64,000 nucleotides of DNA from the human T2T-CHM13v2.0 reference genome, Homo sapiens (GCA_009914755.4 CP068257.2:11680001-11744000), one strand, 5' to 3'. Numbered from the stretch's first letter, positions 1 to 14,808 are shown. Made by a program: numbers and translations. The notes: a model not told the origin generated them from the letters alone.

Positions 1-545
1 GTAAACCTTAATGTATGCAAATTTAAAAAGAAACATATAGTATGTCTGGAGATCCCTGACACCAACTAAGCAAAAAAAATCTAACTGTATTTCACATGTG
101 TGACACAACCTCACTGAAGTCAGTAGAGGAAGAAAATGTGCTAACCTAAGTTACTTTATATATGATATAAATGAATTTTATTTGTCTCATGAACACTGTA
201 CTTTAGTTGACAAAAATGTTTTTGTTAAGAGGTAACTTAGGTTACAAGTGCTCTGCTGAATGAATTGATTAATGCCATTATCTTGAGAGTAGGTTAGCTA
301 CCTAGGAAGTGAGTTCTTGATAAAAGGATTAGTTCAGCACTATTCCTATTTCTCTGTCACGTGCATACATGCTGTCTTGCTCTTCTGCCTTCCACCATGG
401 GATAACACAGGAGGAAGGTCCTTGTTACATGTAGGTTCCTCAACCTTGGATTTCCCAGTCTCAAGAACTGTAAGAAATAAGTCTCTGTTCTTTATAAATC
501 ACCCAGTCTAAGGTATGCTACATTAGCACAAAATGGACTAAGACG

Positions 546-637
546 CTATCTATCCATCTACCTATATGTCTATATATCTATCTAATCTATCTGGCTATCT
601 ATCTATCTATCTATCTATCCATCTATCATCTATCTGT
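546..637. repeat. (TATC)n/(GATA)n tetranucleotide microsatellite, imperfect
   Basis: Direct reading: ctatctatctatctatctatcc... spanning about 90 bp. Confidence 0.85.
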
Positions 638-1681
638 TCCCACCTAAGCAGGTGAAAGTAAGCTACCTCATAAAGCAGAAGATAATATACACATCAAAAC
701 ACTCTCTTACCTAATAAAGACTGGTACATTAAAGGTAGTGGTATACTGCTTTTACATCTCAATGTTTATTTGCTCATTTGTTTTTCCCAACTGTGAACAA
801 AATGTTATGCAAAAGCTATTATAATAGCAACTAGTATGCAGCTCCACCATCTTTAACTTAATTGGAGAGAGACATAAAGAAAAACCTTTGTTCTTAACAT
901 TCTTGCAAGAAGAAACAATATGCAGAGAATGTTTTTTTCTCTCTCTCTCTTTCTCTGTGTTTATGTATACGTTCATTAATCTATACTTATATACATTAAA
1001 ATTCAGTTTTTTAAAATGAGTAGGAAAATGGGTGTTTCAGTCAACTAAATATTCTAATTAATTCAATATTTTATCCTGTGAGATGTTCAAAAGATCAAAT
1101 ATTTTTAAAAGTCATAATAATCCCATAAAATTACTGAGATAGTCCCTCTTTCTTCCTCATGTTTTGTCTAGGTCACTCCTACCAGACTGAACATGAATTT
1201 GATAATTTTTTTATCTTATTCACGCACAAGCTTAGATTTGATTCCTTATTTTATATTTATAAACTATTTTTGTCTTGCCTCTGACTTTTTTGTATCAGAT
1301 TGAATTTTATTCTACTGTTTTATTTAAGCCCTTTCTTGCAATTACCATCATCCTGAACCAATATAGAAATTTCAGTGTGTTTACTTCTTCCTTGAGCTCA
1401 CAATGAGATCTCCTGTTATAGGCTAATGGCTACAGGCATATTTTAGTGTCATAATTTTCACAGAACCCATATATAAATAATCCAAACTAACCCTAAAATT
1501 ATACCAAAAAATTAATGTGATTAGGATGATAATTCACAGTCACATAGTGTTTTGGAATCTTTGTGGTGAAAATAAATTGTTTGTTTAAAACTATTGACTT
1601 AGAAGTTGGACTCTATTATTGTGTAATGACTGAAACAAGAAGTAACATTTTTCAATATATCTTTATATAAGGAATATTCTC

Positions 1682-2053
1682 TGATATGGTTTGGCTGTGT
1701 CCCCATCCAATTCTCATCTTAAATTGTAACTCCCACAATTCCCACATGTCCTGGTAGGAACCGGGTGGGAGGTGATTGAATTATGGGGGTGGATCTTTCC
1801 TACGCTGTTCTCAAGACAGTGAATGAGTCTCATGATATTTGATAGTTTTAAAAATGTAAGTTTCTCTGCACAAGCTCTCTTTTTGCCTGCTGCCATCCAC
1901 GTAAGATGTGACTTGCACCTCCTTGTCTTCTGCCATGATTGTGAGGCTTCCCCAGCCATGTGGAACTGTGAGTTCTCCATTATACCTCTTTCCTTTGTAT
2001 ATTGCCCAGTCTTCAGTATGTCTTTATCAACAGCATGAGACTACACTAACACA
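1682..2053 (+). mobile_element. Solitary MaLR LTR of THE1/MST type
   Basis: Starts tgatatggtttggctgtgtcccca...cccacatgtcctggtaggaaccgggtgggaggtgattgaattatggggg and continues ...ccatgattgtgaggcttccccagccatgtggaactgtgag..., matching the THE1 LTR consensus as remembered. About 370 bp and ends ...aca. Confidence 0.7.
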
Positions 2054-3482
2054 TTCTCATTTTGTGTGTTTCAGAGAAAAAATAATAAGGCAAGAAATTC
2101 CATTTTTGAAAATTATTATTGCTTGAACTTTAGACAAATGGGAATTGACTGTGTTTGTTTACCCTAACATGGACTGGGTGCTGGCAAATTACAACTGCAG
2201 TTTTGTTTCTGCAGCCTCAAATTTAATCTTTTATTTTGTCAGATGTGGCTAAGTGAACAATTTCCCACCCCCCCCCCCCAAAAAAAAGGCTAAAATAGTG
2301 AGCCTTTAAAAATCCTATTTCTCTTCTAGACTTGGATCCCTAAGTACCAGTCAAGGAAAATATCTAATTTCTTCAAGGAAAAAGAGTTCATATTTCTTTT
2401 GAAACATATCATGTTGCCATAGTTACCAAATGCTCTCATTTTATTTCCTAACAATAATATCACCATCTAGATACACATAGCTTACAAAAGTAAATGTTTT
2501 ATTGTGGAATTTTATAAGGACACAGGATCTGCTTCCAATGACTTTTAAAAAATTAAAATGGAAGGATTCTTGCTAATAAATACACCTGAGTTGAAATTAA
2601 ATGTTTTCTGAGCAAGAGCATAGGAGAAAAGGAGGAGCAGAGAGAAATTGAAAAAGACACATACAGTTTTAACATTTCAAAGGTGAAGGTGATTTAAATT
2701 AGGATTTGGGCATGGTTGTTCTTCTCCACCCCAGTGTATATAAACATTCTCATATGGGTTGCCATGTCTCCAGGAGTGATACCATCATCTGGACAGGCCA
2801 TTAGAAATTAAAACATACTTACACATATACACATGCACATCTTAGAATAAGAAAAATTATAAACCAGCTTATTTCTATTTGTCTTGCCAAATATAAACTT
2901 TAGAGCCAAAATTTTAAACAAAGCAGCAACTATGAAAATAAATAATGAGATCCCTGTGTACAGAATTACGTAGTTGGGGTTTACATATTGGGAAATCAAG
3001 CTCCAAGTAGAAAGGAATCAGTTTTCTCCGTCTTTCCTTTCTCTTACTTTTTAAGAAGCTATCACAAGAATTTTATTTACAGGAATTTAAGGTGGAAACA
3101 TATACCTTTTGGGGAGTAAATCGTTACTAAAAACATAATTAATGTGGTCATTTTGAACAATATTATCAAATAGTTACCTCAATGAATCATAAAAATCATC
3201 AAATATGTACATGATTTGAAAAATCTTGAAAACTAAGAAAGTTGAAATATGTAAAAAGTAAATTAATTTCATAGTCTACCTTTATAGATAAAACATCAAT
3301 AGCTAATATTAAACTATAAGCATTATTATTAAAATATAAACATTAATTGAAAATTTAAAATTAAATTTAAAAATTAATTAATTTCTTTATATCTTCCTAT
3401 TTCATACTTAAAAGGTTTCTTATTCTAGCCTAAATGGTGTATCACAAACTGCAAATTACAATATTTGATGTTTTAATGCACT

Positions 3483-3688
3483 ATGTCGGGGGGTGGGGGG
3501 CAAGGGGAGAGAGGAAGAGCATTAGGACAAATACCTAATGCATGCGAGGCTTAAAACCTACATGACAGTTTGTTAGGTTCAGCAAACCACCACGGCACAT
3601 GTATACCTATGTAACAAACCTGCATGTTCTGCACGCATATCCCAGAACTTAAAGTAAAACTTAAAATAAGAAAATAATAATAATAAAG
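3483..3688 (+). mobile_element. L1 3'-end fragment (3' UTR tail with A-rich terminus)
   Basis: ggggagagaggaagagcattaggacaaatacctaatgcatgcgaggcttaaaacc...gcaaaccaccacggcacatgtatacctatgtaacaaacctgcatgttctgcac...cccagaacttaaagtaaaa is the canonical L1PA 3' terminus, followed by aataataataataaag. Confidence 0.8.
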
Positions 3689-6600
3689 AATGTGTTATTT
3701 AAATGTAATCTTTAGCATTTCAGTTTTGTTTACTGGAGTCATAATCTCAATATTATTTTTAAATATAGAGAATTCAAAATTATTTAACATAAAGTATACT
3801 TCATTTTATTTGTAAAGTTTTGCCCATCATTTTTAAAATGAATGATTTAGGCAGAGCATTATGGCATTTGAGAAGAACTGGCCTTCATTGTAAGTTGACT
3901 GTAGGATTTATTGATACAAGCAAAAATGCATAAAAAAGAAAATTTTTTCATAATTTTGTTTTTCAAAAACTTATATATGCGTATGTGTATGTGTGTATGT
4001 ATATGTGTATATTTAAATATGTATCATGTACTTTAGAGAGATTTTTACATCCAGTATGGCTCTTAAGATAAAGGCCATGATTCCCATTTTATAAGTTTTC
4101 TCTTGATTAGAAAACTAGTTTTGTGTGGTGGTGGGTGAGATGTTATATTGTTTACTTCCTCAAACTCTGTTAGCCTTCCTTAAACTTATTTTGGTTTATT
4201 ATTGTTTGTATTTTTAATTGTATGCTTGGAGGGATCCTTTATCTTTCCAATCAGCCTTGTCCAGGTCTGAATCCCATCTCCTTTCACCTCCTTGAGAATT
4301 TTTATTCTCAAGAGGTCAATTTTTTTTCTGTCTTCTTACTCTCATTTCCCACTAGTGGAGGCTTATCTAATTATAAACAATAAAGAAATGATTTTGAAAT
4401 TATCTTTTTACTTATACACCCAAACTGGTATCTGTAGATTCTTTCTTATCTTTTGCTTACCCATTTCTGAAATGTTCCTATGCCTAAAGCCAGATGCTCT
4501 TTTTTTTTTTTTAATCTGCTGCAGTCTTTTTGGACAACTTAGTCCTCTTCCAGTTGCTTCACCTCTCACTCATAACTTGCTGACTCCAGAATCTATAACT
4601 CTTTAATTCTTTTCTGAGGTCCTGAGATACATATATACATATATATAAAATATAAAATATATATATATACACAATGTTTTATTGAAACTTCCCAATTATT
4701 GCATGTCAGGTATTCTCATTTCACAGACCAGGAAACAGATACTTACAGAAGTTAAGTATTACAGCAGGTTTACTCAATTAGCACATGTCCAAGCTAGTAT
4801 TTAATCCAAAACTTTTGATTTTTTTTCTATTATATACGCTTTCTTTCCATTTTCTTGAATTCCAGTTTTGTCTACCAGGGTAAAGTACATGATTGCTAAA
4901 GAAGGGAGGCTTTAGAATTTCTCTCTCTCTATCTTTTTTATTTTTTATTTTTTTGGAACCCACTGCATGAATTTTTCAGATTCCAGAAATAATGCTTTGC
5001 AATGAATGAGGTAGTACTTTTAATTCTATATATTTTTGCCATAATGTCTATGCACCCAGCCTGTGAAATAAATTGCACTGACCTGTGTCTTTAGTGCCTG
5101 TCACTTAAAATTTTTCCAAACCACCTTAAATGTTGAAGTTAATAAAATTGGTAATGCTCGACGTGGGGGAAAAAAAAAACAACGAAAACCACTAAGATGT
5201 TCTACTTTGTGGTCTCTGCATGACATCTAGTGGTTGGAACTGGAAAATTTGAGGAAATTATGATTAGTATCAGGGAAAATACAATCTGTGTTAGTCTGGA
5301 GTCCTCATTCCTAACATCAAAGGAAACATGATGTAGATATCCTCTACTTCCAAAGAGGTTGGCCACTGGCAGGTAGGCCAGTGGCCTTTCTGTTCATTTC
5401 TTAATGAATTGAACAGAATTCATTAAGAATTCTTAATCTTCACACAGAAGATTAATCTTTCTTAATCATTTCTGTTTCTCAGTCTGTGTATCAGGGAATA
5501 ACAGTTTCTCTCTGTGTTAAGCAATCTGTGCTCACTGGGGCTTGTGAAACATTGGTCTGTAATCAGTACCTACTTTTGATAGATATGAGTTGGATAATTA
5601 TAAGATGCAAAAGTAAATAAACCCTTTGGTTTTCTTTCTTTATACGCAAGTATTAATGATAGTAAATCTATGACCCTATTATTCAAAATTGTATTTAGAA
5701 AAGCTTTTTATATACTCCAGTTTTGATTATTCTAAAGAGGTTATAAAATCGAGTAACTGCTTAGCTTTGAGTCTTAGGGATGATATTGGGTGTAGGTCCT
5801 TGATAATCCAAGATTTAGGATCTGCCTACCAGAAATTTTAGTCAGCTTAGATAACTGACAATGGAAAACGGTACATGATATGTTCTAAATAAATGACACA
5901 GCCAATGTTGTAGGGATGCCGCAGAGGATTTGGAGTCCAAGAGGTCAGAGAAGGGGTCATGAAGGAGGATGGATTTGAACTGAGCTGCAGTTGATAGATG
6001 GGCAGCTTAAGGTATTGTTAAGCAAACAGGCAACAGAGTGAGATTCCTGGGTGTTGGCTTTCCTTCAGTGTGACCTTGGACAAACTATCTAGTTGCTCCA
6101 CATTTTACTTTCTTCGTTTGCATCACAGTATGTACACACATAGATACATAGCATCTATTTCTTGTGGTGAAGATCAGCATAATGTCTCAGTTGGCAAATT
6201 ATCAGTTCTTTTTATTATAAATAAATTAAAAATGCAAATGTTTAGGTCAAGTGTTATTCTCTGAAAATGCACAAAGAGAAATGAGCCAAGAGAAAAATAA
6301 TAATAAATAAATATTATATTTCTGACACCAAGACAAGTCCAAGAGAATTTAAAAAATAATTATAAATATTTTATGGTAATGTATTTCAAATATACATGCT
6401 TCAGATTCCAGGATTTATGTCATGGGGATGGATCAGGAGTCCTTGAAACCTGGCACTTATTAATAAATGTTGTTTCTAATTTTCTATCACTGCAAGGTAC
6501 TCTTATAGACACCATGTGAACATAGTACTTTTATCTCTCTAGCCTTGCACATAGTACTTTTATCTCTCGATTAGCATGTTTCCATCTTTTCTACCTATGT

Positions 6601-6697
6601 CAACTCTATTCATCCATCAAGATCTAATTCAAGCTCTATCTATTCCTCACATCCTTCCTTGGCCACTTCTTTCTTCTGAATTCCTATTTATTTTCCT

Positions 6698-6698
<1 letters not shown>

Positions 6699-6746
<48 letters not shown>
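6699..6746. repeat. Poly(T) homopolymer of about 48 nt
   Basis: Uninterrupted T run read directly. Confidence 0.9.
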
Positions 6747-6748
<2 letters not shown>

Positions 6749-7275
6749 AATTGGCATATACTGCTAGGTATCACTCATTTTTTCTGTGGAAAGAAAAAAT
6801 ACTAACTGAATTTTTGTATATATTTATTAATATCCAGATAGGATATCATAATTAAAGTAATCAGATCAAGTTTCTAAAATATTACTGGCTCTTGTTTTCC
6901 ATTCCCAAACACCTGAGAGAGACTGTCCACTTAACAAGTGAAACAGTGGTCTGTATATCCAGCATTTGTAGCCTACAATCTCCAAAGTGTGTTTTTATTA
7001 TGACCTTACTCCTCCTTACTGTCCATATTTCACAAAAAGAAGTTATCCATTGGGGAAGAAGATCTTAATCCATTACCAAAGACATTTTTAATAGTAATTA
7101 ATAACAAATCCCATATGTTCTATATATTTGGGACATAAATAAATAATGTAAAATGTCGGTACAAATAGTTTCTCTACACTCAATGATATTATATTATTAA
7201 AGTCAGCTGCATTTAAAAATTAGTAGAATTTGTATTTTAGAACACTTTTAGATTTAAAAAAATAATTGAGCAGAT

Positions 7276-7576
<301 letters not shown>

Positions 7577-7989
7577 AGCAGATAATAGAGTCCCATAAAC
7601 AATCTCCATTTCCCCCCACATTCCTCCATTATAAATATCTAGCATTAATGTGGCACATTTATCACAATAGATGAGCCAATATTTATTTATACCATCAGTT
7701 TATACTAAGGTCCACAGTTTGCTTTGTATAGTTCTATGAGTTCTGACAAATGTATATCGTGTATCCACTATTACAGTATTAAGCAGAATAGTTTCACTGA
7801 TTTAAAAATCCCCTGTGATTCAGCTTTTCATCCTTTTTCTCCTCTCCTCAAGGCCCTTGCAACCACTGATCTTACTATCTCTAAAGTTTTGCCTTTGCCA
7901 GAATGTCATATGGCTGGAATCATACAGTATGTGGCTTTTTCAGACTGGTTTCTTTCACTTAGCAATATGTACTTAAGGTTCCCCTTGTC

Positions 7990-8420
7990 TTTTTGTGGCT
8001 TCACAGCTCAATACCTTTTCATTGCTAAATAATATTCCAATGTATACGTGTACCATAGTTTGTTTATCCATTTACCTATTGGATATATTGGTTGCATCTG
8101 GTTTTTGATGATACGAATAAAGCTTCTATAAATAGTCATGTTCAGGTTTTTGTGTGGACATAAGTTTTCAATTCAATTGGGTAAATACCTGGGGGCATGA
8201 CTGCTGGATTATATAGCATATTCAGTTTTTAAGAAGCTGCCAAATTGTCTTCCCATGTGACTGCACCATTTTGCATTCCCACTACTAATGAAAGAATTTT
8301 GGTTGCTTTGTATCCTTGCCAGCATACAGCACTGTCAGTTTTTTGGAGTTTAGTCATGCTAATAGTTGTATAGAGGTATCTCATTGTTGTTTTAATTTGC
8401 GATTCCTTTTTAAATAATTT
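7990..8420 (+). mobile_element. Old L1 (L1M-type) ORF2-derived fragment
   Basis: ...ccagcatacagcactgtcagttttttggagtttagtcatgctaatagttgtatagaggtatctcattgttgttttaatttgcgattcc parallels the L1 ORF2 segment ...ccattctgactggtgtgagatggtatctcattgtggttttgatttgcatttc. Confidence 0.5.
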
Positions 8421-8425
8421 CAACT

Positions 8426-8723
8426 TTTATTTTAGATTCAGGGGGTACATGTGCAGGTCTTTACCTGGGTATATTGTGTGATACTGAGGTTTGAGGTATG
8501 ATTGCTCCCATCACCCAGGTACTGAGCATAGTACCTAATGGTTTTTCAACCCTTCCCTCATCTACTCCCCGCCAGTAGTCCCCAGTGTCAGTTGTTGCCA
8601 TCTTTATGTCCCTAAGTACCCAGTGTTTAGCTCCCACTTATAAGTGAAAACATGCAGTAGTCAGTTTTCTGTTCCTGTGTTAATTTGCTTAGGATAATGG
8701 CCTCCGGCTGCATCCATGTTGCA
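8426..8723 (-). mobile_element. L1 3'-end fragment in antisense orientation
   Basis: agattcagggggtacatgtgcaggt...gtttagctcccacttataagtgaaaacatgcagtagtcagttttctgttcctgtgttaatttgcttaggataatggcctccggctgcatccatgttgca is the reverse complement of the L1 3' region (...ggataaagaaaatgtggcacatatacacc... family). Confidence 0.8.
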
Positions 8724-10080
8724 ATTCCTTGATGATCTATGATATTGAGCATCTTTTCATCTGCTTATTTGCCCTTTGTGTATCTTTAGTGAGGTGTCCA
8801 GATTTTGCCCACTTTTTAACTAGGTTTTTTTTCTTATTGTTGTGTTTTCAGTGTTTTTTGTATATGTTGGATATATTGATATATTTTTTGCATATATGTA
8901 TATGTCGGTGTATTTTAGTGACGTAAAATGAATGGAATCTATAGCCTTAAACATAATATAAATATATAATGGTTAAGATTTCCCACTCAACAATCCAGGC
9001 TTGACAGAAAATCATAAAATGTATTTAAATTTAAATGTTTTTTTCTTTGTTGATACTAGTTCTTAGTTTTAACATGCCGAAGAGGGTATACTTGATCAAG
9101 GACAAGATTAAATGTTCTGATTGGCTAACTATCAAACCGCTGCCTCCACTTTTTTTTGCAACTTGAAAATAATATTTAGTTATCATGCTAGCACAGCCAT
9201 ATTAATATATACCCCTTCAAAACTTTAAATATAAAGCTTTAACAGTTTCACGAAAAAGAAATATTAATGATGCTGAGATTGGTGGGCATGGATTCTGTGT
9301 AGTGAGACACTGAAAAGTAATTTTTAAAACAGGAAAGTTAAAGCACTTTAAAATCACAAACCTATTGGTAATTAAAAAAGAATTAGTATCAATTTCTGAA
9401 ATACAAGATTAGAGGGACACCTAAAATTCTGAAAGATTTTAGAGAATTTTTTTAAAAAGTAATTGCAATTTAGATCAAAGTTCCCCACTTTTCATTCCAA
9501 GTGTGATACAGGTTTAAATAATAAACAGAAAAAAAAGTTTAGATAAATTCACGAATTATTGAACCAGATGATAAACAATAGGGAAGCTATTTAGGGCATA
9601 GTCTCTAGTGTGTAAGGGTGACATCCTAAGTAATAAATTTATGCTATTGTTGACAATATTGCTGGCAAGGCTAAATGGTCAATGTGCTTGACATATTGCC
9701 TGGTTTTTCATGTTCTATTGCAAGAGCTGATTCTCTCTCTCTCTTTTATTTATATTTTTGAACTCTACCATTATGCTATCATGGACATTATGTTAACAAT
9801 TTGATGCATCTATGTAATATGCTTTAAATCTTTGGGAATAAATTTACTGAGTGCTACTTATGTGAACAAACTTCTCTTAAGCACAAATGGAAATCCACAA
9901 AGAAAGACAGCCTCTTCTATTTGTTTTATGTGAGGCAACGGATACACTGTAGACAAAAAGACCAAGTATAATTAACTTATATTGTTAACTAACTTAATAT
10001 CTGCATATTACATATTTTTCTATTATGCTTTCTGAGCAACTTCGTGGCTTCTGTTTTGGAGGGTAGGATTTCATAGTTAA

Positions 10081-10418
<338 letters not shown>

Positions 10419-10796
10419 TGAAAGGAACATCGCTCCCTACACTGCAACTGAACAAAAGAGTGATAATGTTAATTTCTTTATTCTTGAGCTTTTCTTGAAT
10501 AAAAGAGGGTCATAGGATATGGAACAAAATAGACTAGAAAATAGGGTTGATAAGGTACTGATTCTGCCAACACTGCTTAATGCTCTCCCCAAGCAATTGT
10601 CTTTTAGATATGTTATTTCCCAGTGTGAATGGTATTTTTTAAATATGTCAAGCAATTAAGAATATAAGTATATTCTCATCTCAGCTAAACGTAGAATCTT
10701 TACAAAGAATTTTTGGTATCCTTAACCCTAATATGTGGAGGGATAAGATTAAAAATGTTCACCACCTTATTTTTATTTATTTATTTATCTATTATT

Positions 10797-10945
10797 TTGA
10801 GACAGAGCCTCACTCCACCCTGACTGGAGTGCTGTGGTGTGACCTCGGCTCATTGCAACCTCTGCCTCCCAAGTTCAAGTGATTCTCCTGCCTCAGCCTT
10901 TCAAGTAGCTAGAATTATAGGAATTCACCACCATGCCCAACTAAT
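10797..10945 (-). mobile_element. Truncated Alu (right monomer only, antisense), preceded by (TTTA)n
   Basis: gagacagagcctcactccaccctgactggagtgctgtggtgtgacctcggctcattgcaacctctgcctcccaagttcaagtgattctcctgcctcagcc... Confidence 0.75.
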
Positions 10946-10972
10946 TTTTTTTATTTATTTATTTTTTTTTTT

Positions 10973-11259
10973 GGTGAGATGGAGTCTCACTCTGTTGCCT
11001 AGGCTAGAGGGCAGTGGCACCGTTTTGGCTCACTGCAGCCTCCACCTTCTGGGTTCAAGCAAGTCTCCTGCCTCAGCCTCCTGAGTATCTGGGATTACAG
11101 GCACCCACCACCACACCCGGATAATTTTTTGTATTTTTAGTAGAAACGGGGTTTCACCATGTTGGCCAGGTTAGTATTGAACTCCTGACCTCAAGTGATC
11201 TGCCTGACTCGGCCTCCCAAAGTGCTGGGATTACAGGTGTGAGCTACCACATCCAGCCA
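10973..11259 (-). mobile_element. Alu (antisense)
   Basis: ggtgagatggagtctcactctgttgcctaggctagagggcagtggcaccg...ctcccaaagtgctgggattacaggtgtgagctaccacatccagcc. Confidence 0.9.
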
Positions 11260-11667
11260 TCACCTCCTGTAAAGTGCAGTAAAGAAATAGTGGGCAATAG
11301 ACAGGCAGGGGATAGAGGAAAATGTTTTGGGAGTGGGACAATATGAACTTATTGTCATGACAGGACCAAAAAGGGAAGATGTCTGCCTATCATAATTAAT
11401 AATAACTCTATCAGTCAACATTTATGTTTTACAATTGTTCTGTAAAAGCCAGCAAATATTACAGATTCCAGTCCCTAATAACTGATCATGAAAGACACTC
11501 TAAGCTTGTGCATCAGCATTCTCTTTTTATCTAAAAGAAAATATATTAAATAAAGGGAGGAATGGCAGGAGTAAAGAGACTTGAAGGAAAAGAAAATATT
11601 GACTTCTTAATGATATTTTACAATGCTAAGACCTTTAGAAACCAACTACTCCATATGTCTTTTAAAT

Positions 11668-11747
11668 ATTAGTTTGGTGCAAAGGTAATTACAGTTTTTG
11701 TCATAAAAGTAATGGCAAAAGCCACAATTACTTTTGCACCAACCTAA
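11668..11747. mobile_element. MADE1 (Hsmar1-derived 80-bp MITE), palindromic
   Basis: ttagtttggtgcaaaggtaattacagtttttgtcataaaagtaatggcaaaagccacaattacttttgcaccaacctaa. Terminal inverted repeats ttggtgcaaa...tttgcaccaa, about 80 bp. Confidence 0.8.
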
Positions 11748-13129
11748 CTGATACATTTATTCCATTTTGGAGGTATTGCAAATATGCTGAATCAATGAAT
11801 TTCTTCAGTATTTTTCATTGTATTAGTACAAATTTAACCTAATAGTATTCTTCTGCATGTTATTTCCCTTTGTGCTTCCTTTAATGCAATGAAGTTGTAG
11901 TTACCAAATAGAGTGCTCTAAAAGGGCAAGGCTTGTCTGTGAATTGAGCCTAGCATAGAACTGGCTCTCAGTGAAGATCTGTTGAACATTTCATGAATGC
12001 ATCAACATCATAATCCTTCATGTGCTTGTAAGCAATTATTAAAATTTTCTCTAGCCTATTCAGGCCTGTGTTCTTCAAAATTCTCCAAAATATATGGACG
12101 TGTTTGCTGTTTCTATTAGGTTTTAACTTCTGGTGTCAGAAACCAGGGCTGTTTTTCTTAATTTGTGTCCTAAAACCACAGTAGGGTTGTATGCATTGTG
12201 ATAATGCTTAATAAATATATAAAAAGATTAATATCCATTCATTTACATTTTCTTAAACCCAATTTCTGGATGAGTAGCTGTGAAACTCTCAACTGGATGA
12301 GCTCTGACTAGTGTTAAGTATAGTATATTGGGAACAGGGCTTTATATGCAACATATATGTGAGGCAAATGAGAAATATTAGCTGGGCTACATTAAATCCC
12401 AATGACATGAATAGAAATTTTATTATCCAGGTAGCAAAAATGAAGTCAAAAAAATAAATAAGAGAATGAAGTGAAGGTATGGGGCAAAACAATTAGTTTT
12501 TTATTTAAGTCAATATTTTAGAAAATAGCTTCTGAAGGCCCAATCACACAGATAATTGACACTACGACTTTTCTTTGCACTGTGTTAGACATAGGTAAAA
12601 GAATGTCTCAGCACTGTACCTTCATGTAGAAAATGTAATTAATAGCAAATTGCATAAAAGTACACTAAAATTTTAATTCTTACATCATTTTAATAAATTT
12701 CTTGAGATTTTACTTTATTTAGTGTGTCATTAAAACACAGGATTTAAGGACGATATATGTAATAAAGGAAAATAGTAAGTTACCATTCTTGTGTAAACAC
12801 GTTTTGTAAATACTATTTCAACAAAGATTTAAAAGTTAATTACAAAGGTATAAAGTTATGAAGTATTATATAAACCGGATTCATAATTTTGTTTTAAATG
12901 GTCTTTTCATGTATCAAAATACTATCAGTTTAAAACAATCTCTTTTTTTAAGGCAGTAGGCTCTGTTTACCATCATTTACAATTGCTTTAATTAGAATTT
13001 TCTTCACTTTCAGTATATTCAAGAGCTATTCTGTTAGCCATAATTTTTAAGATAAAGTTTATCCAAATAGAAAAGTAATTATATAATGATTAAGAGCCAG
13101 AATGTCTGGGTTCAAATTACAGTTCTGCT

Positions 13130-13320
13130 ACTTCTCAGGTATAAGAATTTGGGCAAATTTCTTAGTTTCTCTGTGCTTCAGTTTCCTGATCTGTAAAACT
13201 GGGATAACAAGACTACCTGCCTCAATCTGTGGTTATGAGTAAATGAGTTAATACATAAGAGCAATGCAATAATCCTTGGAATGTGGTATGAGTTAAATAA
13301 ACATTAGCTATTATTATTAT
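13130..13320 (+). mobile_element. MIR SINE relic
   Basis: ...gtgcttcagtttcctgatctgtaaaactgggataacaagactacctgcctc...gttaatacataagagcaatgcaataa...aaacattagctattattattat matches the MIR core and tail. Confidence 0.55.
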
Positions 13321-13616
13321 AGTAAATTAGAAATTTAATTCTAGAGAATAAAAAGCTGAACTCAAATATGTAACTATTTATTTGATACAGACACATTTTC
13401 TACAAAATAAAAAACCGTCAGTTTGCACTTCCCTTATATAATGACTATTCTGGTGTTTGTGTGTATCTGTTGTGGGTCAGAGTTTTGGGCTGCGTAAATA
13501 ATCACTAAAAATTTTAAAAACTTCCGATTAAAACAGAAATAAGAACAAATGGCCATTCATGGATCACTGGCAAAGCTGAACGAATACCTGACATGTCTTT
13601 CTGTGATTCCTTGCAG

Positions 13617-13720
13617 ATATCATGGAAATCAGGACAGTGGCAGTTGGGATTGTGGCAATCAAAGGGGTGGAAAGTGAATTCTATCTTGCAATGAATGAGG
13701 AAGGAAAACTCTATGCAAAG
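13617..13720 (+). pseudogene. FGF7-like (KGFLP/FGF7P-type copy): Exon homologous to FGF7 (KGF) exon 2, 104 bp, phase-1 start. Encodes (N)[34 protein letters not shown]. This is a paralogous partial copy, not FGF7 itself
   Basis: Acceptor ttccttgcag|AT and donor caaag|gtattg. The translation differs from FGF7 (as remembered) at one residue, NKEGK to NEEGK. The 104-bp length matches FGF7 exon 2. Confidence 0.8.
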
Positions 13721-14777
13721 GTATTGATAATTGATCGCTTAGGCTTAATTTTTAAAACTCATTTTTGTCAAAATATCTCACCATTCTGAAAAGGAAAAAT
13801 GGACTTAATTTATCTCCAACTGTGTAATTTAATGATTTTATTAAAACACTTTATACTCAAACGTTAAGAAAAAATGTTTTCTGTGTGACTTTGGACAAAT
13901 GGCTTGTTCTTTGGATTTTGGTTTCTTCATCTGTAAAATGAATTGAATTAGCTGACCTCTAAGGATCCTTCCAGCTCTAAAATTCCATGTGCATTTTAGA
14001 TATTTAAAATCCAAAATTTCCATTTGCCAGTATTAAAGCTCTTTTTGTTAAAGTTCACCCAATTTGCACATTGCTGACATGAAAATTCTTGGGAAAAAAT
14101 CTTGAAATGTTTAGTTCATTCATCAACATCAATCTCACAATCATGGGCTTTGAACTGTAATTATTCACATTGTTCCCACTTCACTACAATGCAAAATATG
14201 TAACAGTTCATCCCACTGTAATAAAATATGATTGGCTTTCCTTTGTATTCCCAGAGCTCAGTATAATGCCTGGAGCAGGCTAATTATATAATGATACAGG
14301 TTTAATTGAATGAACAAATGGTTGCGTGCATGAACAAACAAATTAACCTTTTATCTTCCATTACCATTGAAGACAATGTAGAAGTAAATAAAGAAAAGTT
14401 ATGAAACAAGTCTCTCACCGAGGGAGGCAGATGTTCTGCTAGTTATACCAAATTTCCAGTGGTTAAAGAATGAGTGATATGGGAATAGTAATATGAGGCC
14501 TGTTACTTAGGGGGAAATAGGTCCTAATTTTAAAGAATAGTTGACATGAACTTCCAAAAAGCTACACATATTTCATAACTAGCTGTGTATTATGTGGTGT
14601 TTTTATTTCAAATTTAAGATACCTTTTTATGCAAATATACTACATAAGTATAGCTAATAAACCACATTAGGCCTGCTCAATCTGAGGGTTAAAAAAAGTT
14701 GTGTATGTTTCAATTCTAACAAATATTACCTGCTTACTCTTCGTTTAATTGAGCCTCTCTAAAAATCATTTGGATCA

Positions 14778-14803
14778 TGTTTGTTTGTTTGTTTGTTTGT
14801 TTT
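14778..14803. repeat. (GTTT)n microsatellite inside the polypyrimidine tract upstream of the FGF7-like exon 3
   Basis: tttgtttgtttgtttgtttgtttt immediately before the aacag acceptor. Confidence 0.85.
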
Positions 14804-14808
14804 AACAG

